Shown one piece after another: positions 32,138-42,987 of a DNA stretch of 64,000 nucleotides (position 1 is the stretch's first letter; every line of letters begins with the position of its first letter). Under the pieces are notes generated by a model. The model saw only the letters and a list, made by a program, of their open reading frames with translations. It made no database searches and was not told where the DNA came from. Source of the stretch: Planctomycetota bacterium (GTDB taxonomy: Bacteria > Planctomycetota > UBA8108 > SXIK01). A program made the position numbers and the translations under genes. The stretch is taken from the NCBI GenBank assembly GCA_965223265.1, contig OZ244999.1:4192001-4256000 (forward strand), given 5' to 3'.

Positions 32138-33004
32138 ATGGACTCCTCATGCTCAACGCGCACTCGCTCTTCAGCGACAGTCAACAGACTCGCATGGGCG
32201 CTCTCGGTTGTACTGATCTCTGGGACTGCGATCGCGGAGGAATCATTGTCCTCCGAGAGCGCCCAGATGCGGCTCTATGACCCAGTGGCCAGTGGTCGTG
32301 CCGCGTCGAACTTCCTTCCGTCACTCGCAATCGACTCCAACGCTCGCACAAGGCACCCCGACGAAGGAAGTCGCCCACGTCTCGAGATCGACGTGCCGTG
32401 GAGTTTTCCTCACGAATTCCACGACGGGACCTCCATCGGTCTCGGTGCGGCGGAAGTTTCGCTGACATCTCCGGCGTTTAGATGGAAGGCGGCGAATCTG
32501 CAGTTGACATCAGTGCCACGAGTTGAATTCGCCAACCCCGAGTTCACGGTCGATCCGGACTTCGTCGGCGACGCGACAGAACTGGGCGCGCCCATGGCGC
32601 TCGAGGTCGAGGTCGGATCGCTAACGTTCGGGCAAGAGATGACCCTCGTGACGACCGAAGAGAGCACCGACTGGGCGTCAAGCCTTCAAGTCTCCTGGGA
32701 CCCCATCGACTCCTTCGCAGTGGGGTTGGAGACGCAAGCGTTGGCAGGTGGTCGCCGAGAGGTCACAGAGTGGAGTTACGAACTTTCCGTTAGCCTCGCC
32801 GTCAGTGCGAACACAGAGCTCCTTTTGGAACTGGAGGGGCGCGTAGATCACCGTTTCAGCGACGAGAGTCACGACGGTTTTCTATCGATGCGGCGGAGGT
32901 TGAACACGAAGACGCACTTCTTCGCGACCCTGGGCTATCTCGCGGACGTCGAGGAGGACGAAGGCGCGTTGTTGGGTTACGTGGGATTGAGTTTCGACCT
33001 GTGA
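32138..33004 (+). CDS. Hypothetical exported protein, possible outer-membrane beta-barrel
   Basis: Signal-like N-terminus, alternating beta-strand pattern, ends YVGLSFDL. Confidence 0.5.
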   Translation: MDSSCSTRTRSSATVNRLAWALSVVLISGTAIAEESLSSESAQMRLYDPVASGRAASNFLPSLAIDSNARTRHPDEGSRPRLEIDVPWSFPHEFHDGTSIGLGAAEVSLTSPAFRWKAANLQLTSVPRVEFANPEFTVDPDFVGDATELGAPMALEVEVGSLTFGQEMTLVTTEESTDWASSLQVSWDPIDSFAVGLETQALAGGRREVTEWSYELSVSLAVSANTELLLELEGRVDHRFSDESHDGFLSMRRRLNTKTHFFATLGYLADVEEDEGALLGYVGLSFDL

Positions 33005-33053
33005 GGATGATTCTGCTGAAGTCTCTGTTCAGCGCACACGTTCTCGAGATATC

Positions 33054-33737
33054 ATGACACCTGAAGTTTCAGTTTGTATCCCAAAGCCAAGTCACCCTCC
33101 GTGCGCCGCGTGCGGGAGCTTGCTTCAGGTGGAATTGTCGAAAGAACCGGGCGACGCGCGAGCCGAGACTAGCTACGAGGCGGCGGCTCTCCAACATCTC
33201 ATGGAGCGGGTCGTCAATCGAGATGACCAAGCGCTCGCTGCACTTTACGACGCGACGATCAACTGGATCCTTGCGCTCATCACAAAGATCGTGTCGGACG
33301 CGCATGTCGCGGAAGAAGTCGCTCTCAACGTTTACCATCAGGTCTGGGAGAAAGCTGCGGATTACTCGAAACGGCGGGGCAGTGTGCAGGCATGGCTCGC
33401 GACGATGGCGCGCTCGAGAGCGATCGATCGCGTTCGCGCCGCGGCACCCAAGAACCGTCGTGAGGTTCTTGTCGGTGAGCTGCCGGAGACCGGCAAGGAG
33501 CTGAGCAGCTCGGCGCCATCGATCGAGTCAGGCGTGGGGAAGCACGTCCTCGATGCCCTCGAAAAGCTGCCCGATGATCAGCGTCGTGCAATTCACTTGG
33601 CTTTCTACGGCGGACTCACGCATCACCAGATCGCCGGATCGCTCAAGCAACCCCTTGGCACTGTGAAAACTCAGATTCGATTGGGTATGATGAAACTGCG
33701 GAGGATTCTCAGTCCTTCACTCTTGGAAGAGCTTTAG
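33054..33737 (+). CDS. ECF RNA polymerase sigma factor (start uncertain)
   Basis: D..AL..LYD, AEEV....Y.QVW..A..Y...RGSV.AWL..MARSRAIDR.R, AFYGGLTH.QIA..L..PLGTVKT.IR. Confidence 0.9.
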   Translation: MTPEVSVCIPKPSHPPCAACGSLLQVELSKEPGDARAETSYEAAALQHLMERVVNRDDQALAALYDATINWILALITKIVSDAHVAEEVALNVYHQVWEKAADYSKRRGSVQAWLATMARSRAIDRVRAAAPKNRREVLVGELPETGKELSSSAPSIESGVGKHVLDALEKLPDDQRRAIHLAFYGGLTHHQIAGSLKQPLGTVKTQIRLGMMKLRRILSPSLLEEL

Positions 33738-33745
33738 GAACTGCG

Positions 33746-34432
33746 ATGACTGTCATGGACGAGACGAGGCAACAACCTTCTGAGCACCCCGAGAGCTGCG
33801 CGCGTTATGTGCGTGAAGCGGCTGAGGAGAGTGCCTCGCTCTACGTGTTGAGGAGCCTCTCCGACGAAGAGACCGTCGAATTTGAACGTCATCTCAAGAG
33901 CGGCTGCACGTTCTGTGAGGGGGAGGTTTCGAAAAACATGGAGGTCATCGGCGAGTTGGCTCGAAGTGAGACGCCGCTGATCGCCCCGATAGGACTGCGG
34001 GAGCGCCTGCTCGAGCGAGTGCGCGAAGAAAAAGAAGAGGCACAAAAAGAACCGGCCGACGAGTCGCTGATCCAGCAAGGTGCCGGACCCGCCACGCGCG
34101 CGGTAGCTGGCGTGTACGTAGTCCGTGGCGGCCAGGGAGACTGGCGTGAAACGGGATGTCCGGGGGTACGCTACAAGACGCTTTCCGTCGATGAGGAGCG
34201 CCGCTACGCAACGATGCTCGTACAAATGGATGCGGGCGCGTCCTACCCTTCGCATCATCACGCGGGTGTCGAAGAGTGCTACGTCCTCGAGGGTGACGTT
34301 CAGCTTGGGGATACGGTGCTGCGTCCGGGCGACTTTCAATACGCCGCGGAAGGCTCGGACCACATCGTACAGTCGACGCGGGAAGGGTGCTTACTCTTGG
34401 TTGTCGCCTCGCAGGACGACGAGGTGCATTGA
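33746..34432 (+). CDS. ChrR-like anti-sigma factor (ZAS plus cupin)
   Basis: FERHL..GC..C zinc motif; cupin YPSHHHAGVEECYVLEG...H; follows the ECF gene directly. Confidence 0.85.
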   Translation: MTVMDETRQQPSEHPESCARYVREAAEESASLYVLRSLSDEETVEFERHLKSGCTFCEGEVSKNMEVIGELARSETPLIAPIGLRERLLERVREEKEEAQKEPADESLIQQGAGPATRAVAGVYVVRGGQGDWRETGCPGVRYKTLSVDEERRYATMLVQMDAGASYPSHHHAGVEECYVLEGDVQLGDTVLRPGDFQYAAEGSDHIVQSTREGCLLLVVASQDDEVH

Positions 34433-34550
34433 CAGCCTGCTTGAGGTCGCCACGTCGACGGCAGCATCGACTCGGGGGCGCGTGCCTGTCGCGCAGAACG
34501 CGTGTCACGCTGCTCCGCGAACGATCGCTCGAAACTTCAGTCTTCGGCGC

Positions 34551-36002
34551 TCACGCCAAGACTTCGTCCACCACCCTCCCGTAAACATCCGTCAGGCGAA
34601 TGTCGCGGCCGCCGTGGCGGTATGTCAGGCGTTCGTGGTCGAGCCCGAGGAGATGCAGAATCGTCGCGTGCAGGTCGTGGATGTGCACTTTGCCCTCGAC
34701 GGTGCGATAGCCGAGCTCGTCGGTGTCGCCATGGACGAAGCCGCCCTTGACGCCACCGCCGGCCAGCAACACTGAGAAGCCGACCTGGCTGTGGCCGCGC
34801 CCGTACGTCTTCGGTGGCTTCTTACCACGCGAGAGATCCTGGTCGAACGGCGTGCGACCGAACTCGCCGGCGCAGACGAGGAGTGTGTCTTCAAAGAGAC
34901 CACGCCGGCGCAGATCCTTGATCAAACCGGCGATCGGCTTGTCATGCGAGGCGCACGATCGAGGTAGGTTGGAGCCGATGCCTTCGTGGTGATCCCACCC
35001 ACCCGTATACACCTGCACGAACCTGACGCCGGCCTCCGAAAGACGCCGCGCCACCAAGAGCGAGCGCCCGAAGATATCCGTGGGTTTCTCGTCAATGCCA
35101 TAGAGCGCGCGCGTCTCAGCGGATTCGCGAGAGATGTCGACGATGCCATCGGTTCGCGCCTGCATCCGGAACGCCAGCTCATACGAATCGATCAGCCCTT
35201 CGACGGCCGGATCGGCGACAGCGCGATCGAGGTGGCGGCGGTTCAGAGACCTCAGCAACTTCTGCTGGCGTGTTTGCTGTTCTTCGCTGAGCCTGTCGCT
35301 CTTCAAGTGGCGGACGGTGTAGTTCGGTTTGCCTTCGAGCTTCGTCCCCTGATGGATTGCCGGCAGAAACGCACTGCCAAAACTGAAAGGATGTCCATCG
35401 ATGGTGACGAACGCTGGGAAGTTGCGATTCTGGGTGCCCAGGCCGTACGACGTCCACGCGCCGAGCGACGGCTGGACGAGAAAAGGCGAGCCGCAAAAGA
35501 GCTGCCGAATGGCCGGCGTATGCGCAGGATTGTCTGCGACCATGCCGTTGAGGATCGTCAGCTGATCGATCTGCGTCGCCAAATGAGGCAGCAAGTCGCT
35601 CAGCCAAATACCCGCCTCACCACGGCGACGGAAGTTCGCTATGGGGCGCAGCAGCTTGGTCGACTCGAACCCTTCGGTTGTGAACTCGTTGTCGTGCGCA
35701 ATGCTTGGCGGTGGCGCCTCACCGTGGTGTTTGGCGAGCTCGGGCTTGTGCTGGAAGAGATCGACCTGCGACGGCCCGCCGGCGAGAAAGATAAAGATGA
35801 CCCTCTGCGCCCGGGCGCGGAAGTGACCCGGCCGCCCCGCCAATGGATCTGCCGCGGGCGTCGCAGCAGCGGCCTCCTCTTGCAGCATCGCGGCGAGCGC
35901 CAACATACCAAAGCCGCACCCCGACGACCTCAGCAGCTCACGACGCGATAGGACCGGCGCGATTTGGCCGCAAGGATATCGTTGACTCTGAAGCTGTGTC
36001 AT
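34551..36002 (-). CDS. DUF1501 family protein
   Basis: SRRELL...GCGFG; FLAGGPSQVDLF; WDHH; GEFGRTP; GRDIRLTDVYG. Confidence 0.92.
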   Translation of the reverse strand: MTQLQSQRYPCGQIAPVLSRRELLRSSGCGFGMLALAAMLQEEAAAATPAADPLAGRPGHFRARAQRVIFIFLAGGPSQVDLFQHKPELAKHHGEAPPPSIAHDNEFTTEGFESTKLLRPIANFRRRGEAGIWLSDLLPHLATQIDQLTILNGMVADNPAHTPAIRQLFCGSPFLVQPSLGAWTSYGLGTQNRNFPAFVTIDGHPFSFGSAFLPAIHQGTKLEGKPNYTVRHLKSDRLSEEQQTRQQKLLRSLNRRHLDRAVADPAVEGLIDSYELAFRMQARTDGIVDISRESAETRALYGIDEKPTDIFGRSLLVARRLSEAGVRFVQVYTGGWDHHEGIGSNLPRSCASHDKPIAGLIKDLRRRGLFEDTLLVCAGEFGRTPFDQDLSRGKKPPKTYGRGHSQVGFSVLLAGGGVKGGFVHGDTDELGYRTVEGKVHIHDLHATILHLLGLDHERLTYRHGGRDIRLTDVYGRVVDEVLA

Positions 36003-36047
36003 CGCGATTCCATCGTCATCGGTCAGCAGTCATCAGTCAGCCATCGT

Positions 36048-38549
36048 TCAATCGTGCAGAAGAAACTCTGTTGAGATGAGAACCGCATGGCACAAGCGTG
36101 TCAATGCAGCCTTCTCCTCATCCGCTTCGTTCGCGCCTTCTGCTGCGGCGCTGGCGGACTCTTTCGCGGTGGCCTGTGACGCGGCCAGGAACTCCAATCC
36201 CTCCTGAATCTCCTCCGCACGCCCGGGTCGACCAAACGCAAACAGGTAGATCCTGTTGATGCGCTCAGCGTCTGACCGCTTCGATTCCGCCAAAAGACGA
36301 TCCGCGAACTCTCTCGCGTGCTTCGACGCAAACGGCGAATTCAGCAGGTAGAGCGACTGTGTGGGTACGATGCTTGACTGGCGAGCACCCACGATATCGT
36401 TTGGAGAAGGAAAGTCGAATTGCCTGAGCGGATCACCCGCATCGAAGCGCAGCGCTGCACGCGACACCGGCAGAAAGACACTCCGCGCCTGCAGCACCTC
36501 CGTGCGCACTCCTTTGGTGTTACTGATCTGGTCGAACTGTGCGACCTCCTGGGTGTTCCATTCCGCAGGCGGTAAGGTCGGACCTGCCGCGATCGCGCTC
36601 AGGCTACCGCTGATCTTTAGGATCGAGTCGCGAATCGACTCGGCGTCGAGGCGCCGCGGCGTGTGCCGCCACAGGAACCGATTGTCCGGATCGATCGACC
36701 AGGCGATATGATTGTGCGCACTCGAGAGTCGATACGTGCGACTGAGAACGATCTCGCGAACCAGGCTCTTAAGTCGCCAACCACCGGCGACGAATCGCTG
36801 CGCGAGTGCATCGAGAAGCTCGGGATGGCTGGGCGCCTCGCCGCGTGCGCCAAAGTTGTCGACCGTTCGCACGATCCCGGTACCGAAGAGGTGATGCCAC
36901 ACGCGGTTGACGAACACCCGCGCGACGACCGGGTTTCGTCGGTCGACGAGTGACCGCGCGAGCTCGAGCCGTCCGCTCGCAGTCCCAGGAATCTCCTCCG
37001 CGGCGCTGAGAAGGCGCGGCATGCCACGGGCGACTTCGGCGCCGAGTTGACGCGCGTTGCCGCGAATCGTGATGCGCGTGTTCGTCGGACGTGCCGGCTC
37101 CATTGCGGCGAGAACGGTGGGCGGGCGCGGCGCATTAGCCTTGACGTGATCTCTCAGGGTTTTCTCAAGCTTCGACACTTCACTCTTGAGCTTGCTCGAG
37201 GCCTCGTCTTGCTCAGCCGAGCTCTCTGCTGAGTCACGTGCAGAATCACGTGCCAAATCACGAGCCGAGTCACGCGCCGCGGCGACCAAACGCTCGAGCT
37301 CGGCGCGTTTGGCCGCGAGTTGAGCTTCGATCTCGGCGGTGCGGGCCTGATGCAGCGCCGTCAGCCTCTCGCGCTCAATTCTTTCGTTCGCCGACTCCGG
37401 AATTGGCTGCCGCAACCAGTCGCTAAAGACGCCGGAGACGCCGCGAAAACCGTTCAACACTTGAACGTTTTGCAAAATCCCGGCGAGAGCGTAGTAGTCT
37501 TCGAGCGCGACAGGGTCGAACTTGTGATCGTGGCAGCGGGCGCAGCCGAAGGAGACGCCGACGAAGACGCGGCCGATCTTGTCGACCTGGTTGTCGACGA
37601 TATCCATCCGCAGCTGGGCCTTGTACTGGTTGACGAGGTTCATGGGTCCGAGTGTCAGGAACTGCGTCGCCACGATCTGCTCGGCGCGCTCAGCGTCACT
37701 CGTGTACGGCAGCAGGTCGCCCGCAATCTGCTCGACGATGAAGTGATCGATGGGGCGATCCTCGTTGAACACCCGGATCACGTAGTCGCGATAACGCCAC
37801 GCGCCGCGGTTCGGGAAGATGCGTTCAGCGTCGAGCGAATCGGCGTACTGGACGAGATCGAGCCAGTGTCGTCCCCAACGCTCGCCAAAACGAGGCGAAG
37901 CGAGGAGGCGGTCGACGATGCGTTCGTAGGCATCCGGAGCCATGTCGCTCAAAAACTCGACGACGTCCGCAGGTTCAGGTGGCAGGCCGGTGAGATCAAA
38001 AAAAAGGCGCCGCAGCAAGGTGGGTTTGTCGGCGGCGGGGTTCTCCTTGAGCGACTTCTCGGCGCGCTTCGCATCGACGAGCTCGTCGATGCGACCGGCG
38101 CGCTCGAGGAGCGGCCGAAACGCCCAAGTCTTCCGCGCCGACGCGATGTCGATCCCGCGCGCCCGCGCGGCCGGTTCATCGTCTCGCGGATCTGGGGCGC
38201 CCATCGCGATCCACGCGTCGAAGTCGTCGATCACGTGCTCGGGCAACTTGTCGTCTGGAGGCATCTTGAGGTCGCCGTGACGAAGCGCGGCCAGCAAGAG
38301 GCTTTCGTCCGGCTTCCCAGGCACGAGAGCCAAGCCTGAGTCACCGCCGCGCCGCACACCTGCCCGCGAGTCGAGTCGCAGCCCACCACGCACGTCCTTA
38401 GCGCTGGCGGAATGACAGCCGTAGCAATGCTCGATGAGGACCGGGCGGATCTTCTTTTCGAAGAAGTCGATGCGCCCATCTTCGACAACACCGGGATCGG
38501 CTTCTGCAGGGGCTCCGAGCAGGCTGAGGGTGACGACGACGGTGATCAC
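36048..38549 (-). CDS. Planctomycete cytochrome c / DUF1549 / DUF1553 protein
   Basis: FFEKKIRPVL..HCYGCH, RFGERWGRHWLD, CARCHDHKFDP, VNRVWHHLFG.G, PRRLDAE.IRD. Confidence 0.92.
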   Translation of the reverse strand: MITVVVTLSLLGAPAEADPGVVEDGRIDFFEKKIRPVLIEHCYGCHSASAKDVRGGLRLDSRAGVRRGGDSGLALVPGKPDESLLLAALRHGDLKMPPDDKLPEHVIDDFDAWIAMGAPDPRDDEPAARARGIDIASARKTWAFRPLLERAGRIDELVDAKRAEKSLKENPAADKPTLLRRLFFDLTGLPPEPADVVEFLSDMAPDAYERIVDRLLASPRFGERWGRHWLDLVQYADSLDAERIFPNRGAWRYRDYVIRVFNEDRPIDHFIVEQIAGDLLPYTSDAERAEQIVATQFLTLGPMNLVNQYKAQLRMDIVDNQVDKIGRVFVGVSFGCARCHDHKFDPVALEDYYALAGILQNVQVLNGFRGVSGVFSDWLRQPIPESANERIERERLTALHQARTAEIEAQLAAKRAELERLVAAARDSARDLARDSARDSAESSAEQDEASSKLKSEVSKLEKTLRDHVKANAPRPPTVLAAMEPARPTNTRITIRGNARQLGAEVARGMPRLLSAAEEIPGTASGRLELARSLVDRRNPVVARVFVNRVWHHLFGTGIVRTVDNFGARGEAPSHPELLDALAQRFVAGGWRLKSLVREIVLSRTYRLSSAHNHIAWSIDPDNRFLWRHTPRRLDAESIRDSILKISGSLSAIAAGPTLPPAEWNTQEVAQFDQISNTKGVRTEVLQARSVFLPVSRAALRFDAGDPLRQFDFPSPNDIVGARQSSIVPTQSLYLLNSPFASKHAREFADRLLAESKRSDAERINRIYLFAFGRPGRAEEIQEGLEFLAASQATAKESASAAAEGANEADEEKAALTRLCHAVLISTEFLLHD

Positions 38550-38771
38550 GCGACTCTCTCCTTTCTAAGCGCCATTGTCAGCGATTGGAGAGATTGGATC
38601 AACCGGATCGAGATTCGATGTCGGAATCTTCAGCTAGCTCGAGCTTGGGAAGTCACATGACATGATTCTGTGGTCGACAGATGAACAGAGATCCACGGAT
38701 CTCCGAGCCGGTCGGATCCGGTCAAGAACCGGAGCTTTCGCGAGAACGGAACCTGAAACTCGTACGTCTTC

Positions 38772-39859
38772 TCAAACAATATTCGGCACAACTTCGCGTG
38801 CGAACAGTTCAAGATTCCGAATCCACTTCTCGCGATCGTCCCAGTCGTGGGCTACAAGCACCAGCGTGCCGAACGGTCCGATTCTCTCACGAAGGGCATT
38901 GATGCCGCGAGTGACTTCGTCAGGGTCGCCGACAATGAATACTTCATCGCAGAAGTAATCCAGATTGCATTCCTCGTCAGGCATGTCGGGCGTCCGCCGC
39001 CACATTTCGAGTCCTGGGCCGCGGCGCGTCAACTCGAGAATGTACTCAATGCATTTTCCCATCGAGTTTGTGCGGGCAAGCCGTTTCGCCTCCTCGGTTG
39101 TGTCGGCCACAAAGATATTGCGCGAAACACACCAATCGTTCAGGTTCGCTTCCCGTCCAGCTGATTCGGCCCCCTCCGTGTACGTCTTCCAGTGGTCGAG
39201 CAAAACGTCCTCGGAAACCATGTGATGGCTGATCGGCAGGAACCCGCGCGCTGCCGCGGCCCGCATACCTACCGAGCCTCGACTAATGGAGGGAAAGTGA
39301 ATCGGGGGATGCGGCCGTTGGAGCGGTTTGTGCAGCCCGCCCAGCCCCACTTCCGCGTCGAGATTTTCCTTCAGCGTCAGGTTCCAAAACTGCCCTTTGA
39401 GTTCATACGGCGCGTCGCTTGTCCAGATCTCCAAGATCATGTTGATGGCTTCGACGACCCGCGGCCCCATGTCTTTGGGATCGACACCGTACATTTCCAT
39501 GTCCGTCGGAATGGCTCCCGGCCCGAAGCAAATGTTCAACCTGCCATGCGATAGGTGATCAAGGAACGCCAGCCTGCTGGCGACGTGGGCCGGGTGATGA
39601 TACTGAAGGCAAACGGGCGCTGGACCCAATCGAATCGACTTCGTGAGGCCCAATGCTTTACCGATAAAAACTTCGGCATGACGATGTTTTCCACCGTCGA
39701 TGAATGGTGCTCGCCGACCCAAAAGTCGCTGAAGCCCAACCTCTCGCAGATCTCGACCAGTTCCAGATCTTCGTCGAAACACTGTGCCATGGGCTTGTTC
39801 GCGTCGTGCACCGGCATCAGGAACATCGCCAGACGCAACGGCTGGCCACTCATGGACAT
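38772..39859 (-). pseudogene. Luciferase-like (LLM) flavin monooxygenase with a single frameshift near 39675
   Basis: Frame 1 MSGQPLRLAMFLMPVH...WVGEHHS...ENIVMP continues in frame 2 as EVFIGKALG...IRLG...HHPAHVA.R.AFLDHLS.GR; one base is missing in ATGCCGAAGTTT. Confidence 0.8.
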
Positions 39860-40456
39860 CGACAAGTCCCTTGTTCTTCGGGGTTCACGTCGGTTTACCC
39901 ACTCCGGTGACACTTCTGCCGGGGGTCACGACCAGACACCACCGGCCCTCTCCTTGGTTTTCGATTGTCGGCGATCGGAGAGGTCGGATCAACGGGGTCG
40001 ACATTCGAGCTTGGACTCTCTGGTTGAGGAAGCCACGATCTTCCCGGATTTGTCAATCGTACAAGCGTCGGAGTGACGGCTAGTGGGATTCGTCAGGCTC
40101 GGGAAGCCTCAGAGGGTCCCCTTCGGTGGGCGTAGAGATGTGCTTGTTTCCGCCCAGGCCGTCAACCCACTTGCGCCTGCCCACGTTCCTGGCTTTGCCT
40201 CGGCACCGGTTTGCCTTGACACCGGCGCGTGGCATGGGATGATGCCGCGACGACGAAGAGATTCTGTCGGCTTCTTCACGCGTTCGGCAAGACTTGCCCG
40301 ATCGTTTCAGCACTATTCTTGTTCACGGTTTTTCCTCAGTCATCACGCCGTCAACGCTGACCGCTTCGGCTGTGTGGGACAAAATGGAAAGACCCACGTT
40401 GTCTTCAAATCGCAAACTTTTGTAGAGCTCTTTTCACGGTAATCTCAACCCAGACC

Positions 40457-42403
40457 ATGACCGAAAAAATGACCTCGCAACCGCCACTCTCTGACGCTAT
40501 TGAATCAACCATCGCGACACTCCCTACGCACATGCAGGAGTGGGTCCGACAGGAAGCTGCCCTGTGCAAACCTGACGCCGTCGAGGTCATCACCGGCAAA
40601 GCAGATCAGATCATCAGACTCGAGAACGAACTGGAGGCATCCGGGGCGTACACGCGTCTGGACGAGAGCATCTATGGCAAGCGCACCTTCTTCGCCCGGA
40701 GCGACAAGGGCGACGTCGCCCGCGTCGAGGAACGCACTGTCATCTGCACGGAGGACCCTGTCGACGCCGGCCCGCTGAACTTTTGGGTGGATCCCAAGGA
40801 GATGCACGGCAAACTCGACAAGCTTTTTGACGGGGCCATGAAGGGGCGCACGATGTACGTGGTGCCGTTCGTCACCAACCCCGCGGACAGCCAGTTCGCC
40901 ACCGCCGGCGTGCAGCTGACGGACAGTTCCAACGTCGTCTGCAACCTCTACCGAATGAGCAACCTTCACGACGGTTGGCGCATCCTTGAGAAGCAGACTC
41001 GCTACCCCCGCATCACCCACAGCTACGGGACGCTCAGCCAGGAAGATCGGTGGATCACCCACTTCCCCAAAGAGCTCTATTGCCGCAGCATCAACAGTGA
41101 CTACGGCGGCAACGCGCTCGGCCCTAAGAAGATCTTCGGCCTACGCCTCGTCGGCATTCAGGCGCTGGAGAACGCCCAGAAGAAATCCCAGCCCGATGAG
41201 GACGTCGGCATCGAGGTCGTCGAGCACATGGCTCTGTTCGGCATCGACTACGGTGACCGCCGCATCCACTTCGGCGCCGCCTTCCCCAGTATGTGCGGCA
41301 AGACCAATATCGCCACCGGCGTCGCGGAAGGCCCCATCGCTGCTGCAGGCCACCGCGTCTTCGCGCTCGGCGACGACATCATTGGCGGCGCGACCAAGAA
41401 GGGCGACGGCAGGCTGTACGTCAACAACATCGAGGCGGGCATGTTCGGCGTCACCATGGGCATGAGCGACTTCGCCAACAAGATGCTCATGGAAGCGCTG
41501 CGCAATCCCAAGCCGGAAGTCCAGGACTTCGAAGGTGGCCCCATCTTCACCAACCAGGTCCTCGTCGATAAGAACGGTAGCAAACAGGTCTGGTGGAGCG
41601 AAAGCGGCGAAGACTTCCCGCAAGGCGACGGCATCACCACTTGGAACTGGCTCGGTGAGGAAATCGATGCCTCGGCCGAGCAGAAGGACCAGAAGAACGC
41701 TCGCGTCACGATGCCCATTCGCAACGTGCCGCACCTGGACCCTGACTACAGCAACAACGACGGTGTGGCGCTCGACGTAGCCCTCATCGGCGGGCGATCG
41801 AGCAAGCTGCATCCGCTGATCAGTCGCGCCCGCACCTGGAACGAGGCCGTCTACCACGCGCTGTGCCAGTTCAGCGAACCGACCGCAGCCGCCGTCGGGC
41901 AGAAGCCGCGCTACGACCCGATGGCGAATCGCCCCTTCATCGCCTTCAATATCAGCGACTATGCCGAGAAGTGGCTGGACCTCCCCAAGAAGACGCCAAA
42001 ACCGCCCGCGGTCTACAGTGTCAACTGGTTCCGCCGCGATGACGATGGCAAGTTCATCTGGGATGGCTTCGGCGCAAACTACCGGGTCCTCGACGCCGCC
42101 GTCCGCCAGCTGGAAGGTAAGGACACATGGGAGGAGACTCCTATCGGCCTGGTTCCTAAGCCCGAGCACATCGATATCACCGGTCTCAAGTACACCAAGA
42201 CCACCGAGCAGCTCGCCGAGATCCTCCTCCCCGATCAAGAAGCCCTCAAGCGCGAAGTCGCCAACCGCGAAGGCTGGCTGAACGAGCTCGAGAACGGCTT
42301 GGAGAAGGGCAGCGAGGGCCGCGGTGCGCCGAAGAAGCTTCCCCAGGCCATCTGGGACGAACACGAAGCCTTCAAGAAGCGTGTCAGTGAGTACTGCGAA
42401 TAG
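40457..42403 (+). CDS. pckG: Phosphoenolpyruvate carboxykinase (GTP), divergent
   Basis: DVARVEERT, M.GRTMYVVPF, YGGNAL..KK, EHM, AAFPSMCGKTN, GDDI, DPMA..PF, VNWFR. Confidence 0.85.
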   Translation: MTEKMTSQPPLSDAIESTIATLPTHMQEWVRQEAALCKPDAVEVITGKADQIIRLENELEASGAYTRLDESIYGKRTFFARSDKGDVARVEERTVICTEDPVDAGPLNFWVDPKEMHGKLDKLFDGAMKGRTMYVVPFVTNPADSQFATAGVQLTDSSNVVCNLYRMSNLHDGWRILEKQTRYPRITHSYGTLSQEDRWITHFPKELYCRSINSDYGGNALGPKKIFGLRLVGIQALENAQKKSQPDEDVGIEVVEHMALFGIDYGDRRIHFGAAFPSMCGKTNIATGVAEGPIAAAGHRVFALGDDIIGGATKKGDGRLYVNNIEAGMFGVTMGMSDFANKMLMEALRNPKPEVQDFEGGPIFTNQVLVDKNGSKQVWWSESGEDFPQGDGITTWNWLGEEIDASAEQKDQKNARVTMPIRNVPHLDPDYSNNDGVALDVALIGGRSSKLHPLISRARTWNEAVYHALCQFSEPTAAAVGQKPRYDPMANRPFIAFNISDYAEKWLDLPKKTPKPPAVYSVNWFRRDDDGKFIWDGFGANYRVLDAAVRQLEGKDTWEETPIGLVPKPEHIDITGLKYTKTTEQLAEILLPDQEALKREVANREGWLNELENGLEKGSEGRGAPKKLPQAIWDEHEAFKKRVSEYCE

Positions 42404-42594
42404 ATGAGCTGAAGAGAAGGACGGTTCCCGCGCCTGATGGGCCCGAGTCTGGAGGCGGCCGATGGTGGGCTGTCCTGCTAGTTGGCAGAAAAAGTCCTCC
42501 GGATCTTCTAAGTGACGATTCTGGGATCCTTCGTCAGCGCACTGAGCGTGCCTGCGGAGCAAGCTCTGATGGAATCACAGCGATCACGTACTAC

Positions 42595-42780
42595 TCCAGA
42601 AGTCTACCCCTCGATCACAGCTCCGCGTCTCCCGCAAAAAAAAAGGAACCCTCAGAGAGGTATCTTCTTCTCGAAGAAGAGACGTAATACCTTCCCCGAA
42701 CTTCTAACCGGGCGAGATTCGCGGAGTAACAACGTCGGTGTGTTTTCGCGACAGCGGACAGATCGAGGGCTTGTCCGCGA
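42595..42780 (+). repeat. Island repeat copy A (right half only)
   Basis: Aligns to 47491-47675 and 61933-62095, e.g. CCGAACTT.TAA..G.GCG.GATTCG.GG.GTAA, TGTGTTTTCG, GATCGAGGGCTTGTCCGCGA. Confidence 0.85.
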
Positions 42781-42987
42781 GTCGGCGGCGTGACAGTTCC
42801 GTGCATGAGAGTACAGATGTCTGACAGACTCGTCGGCTCAGCAACTTACCCAGACTGCTCGCCTCCCTGGGGACCTCAGACAGAACGCATGAACTTGGGA
42901 GCGCGATACGATCGAGCCATGGCCCCAGTCCCGGCCTGACTATAACCTGCATCATGGGGGGAAAGCCCGGTCATGAAGAGCGCCTGA

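Noticed and set aside
37228-37278. 12-bp tandem repeat (ARDS x4)
   Set aside because: In-frame low-complexity linker inside the DUF1549/1553 gene.
41141-42562. 473-aa antisense ORF
   Set aside because: Shadow of the codon-biased pckG; no recognisable motifs.
42404-42594. tRNA or att site at the island border
   Set aside because: No cloverleaf or T-loop motif and no integrase seen; no tRNA or rRNA was recognised anywhere in the window.
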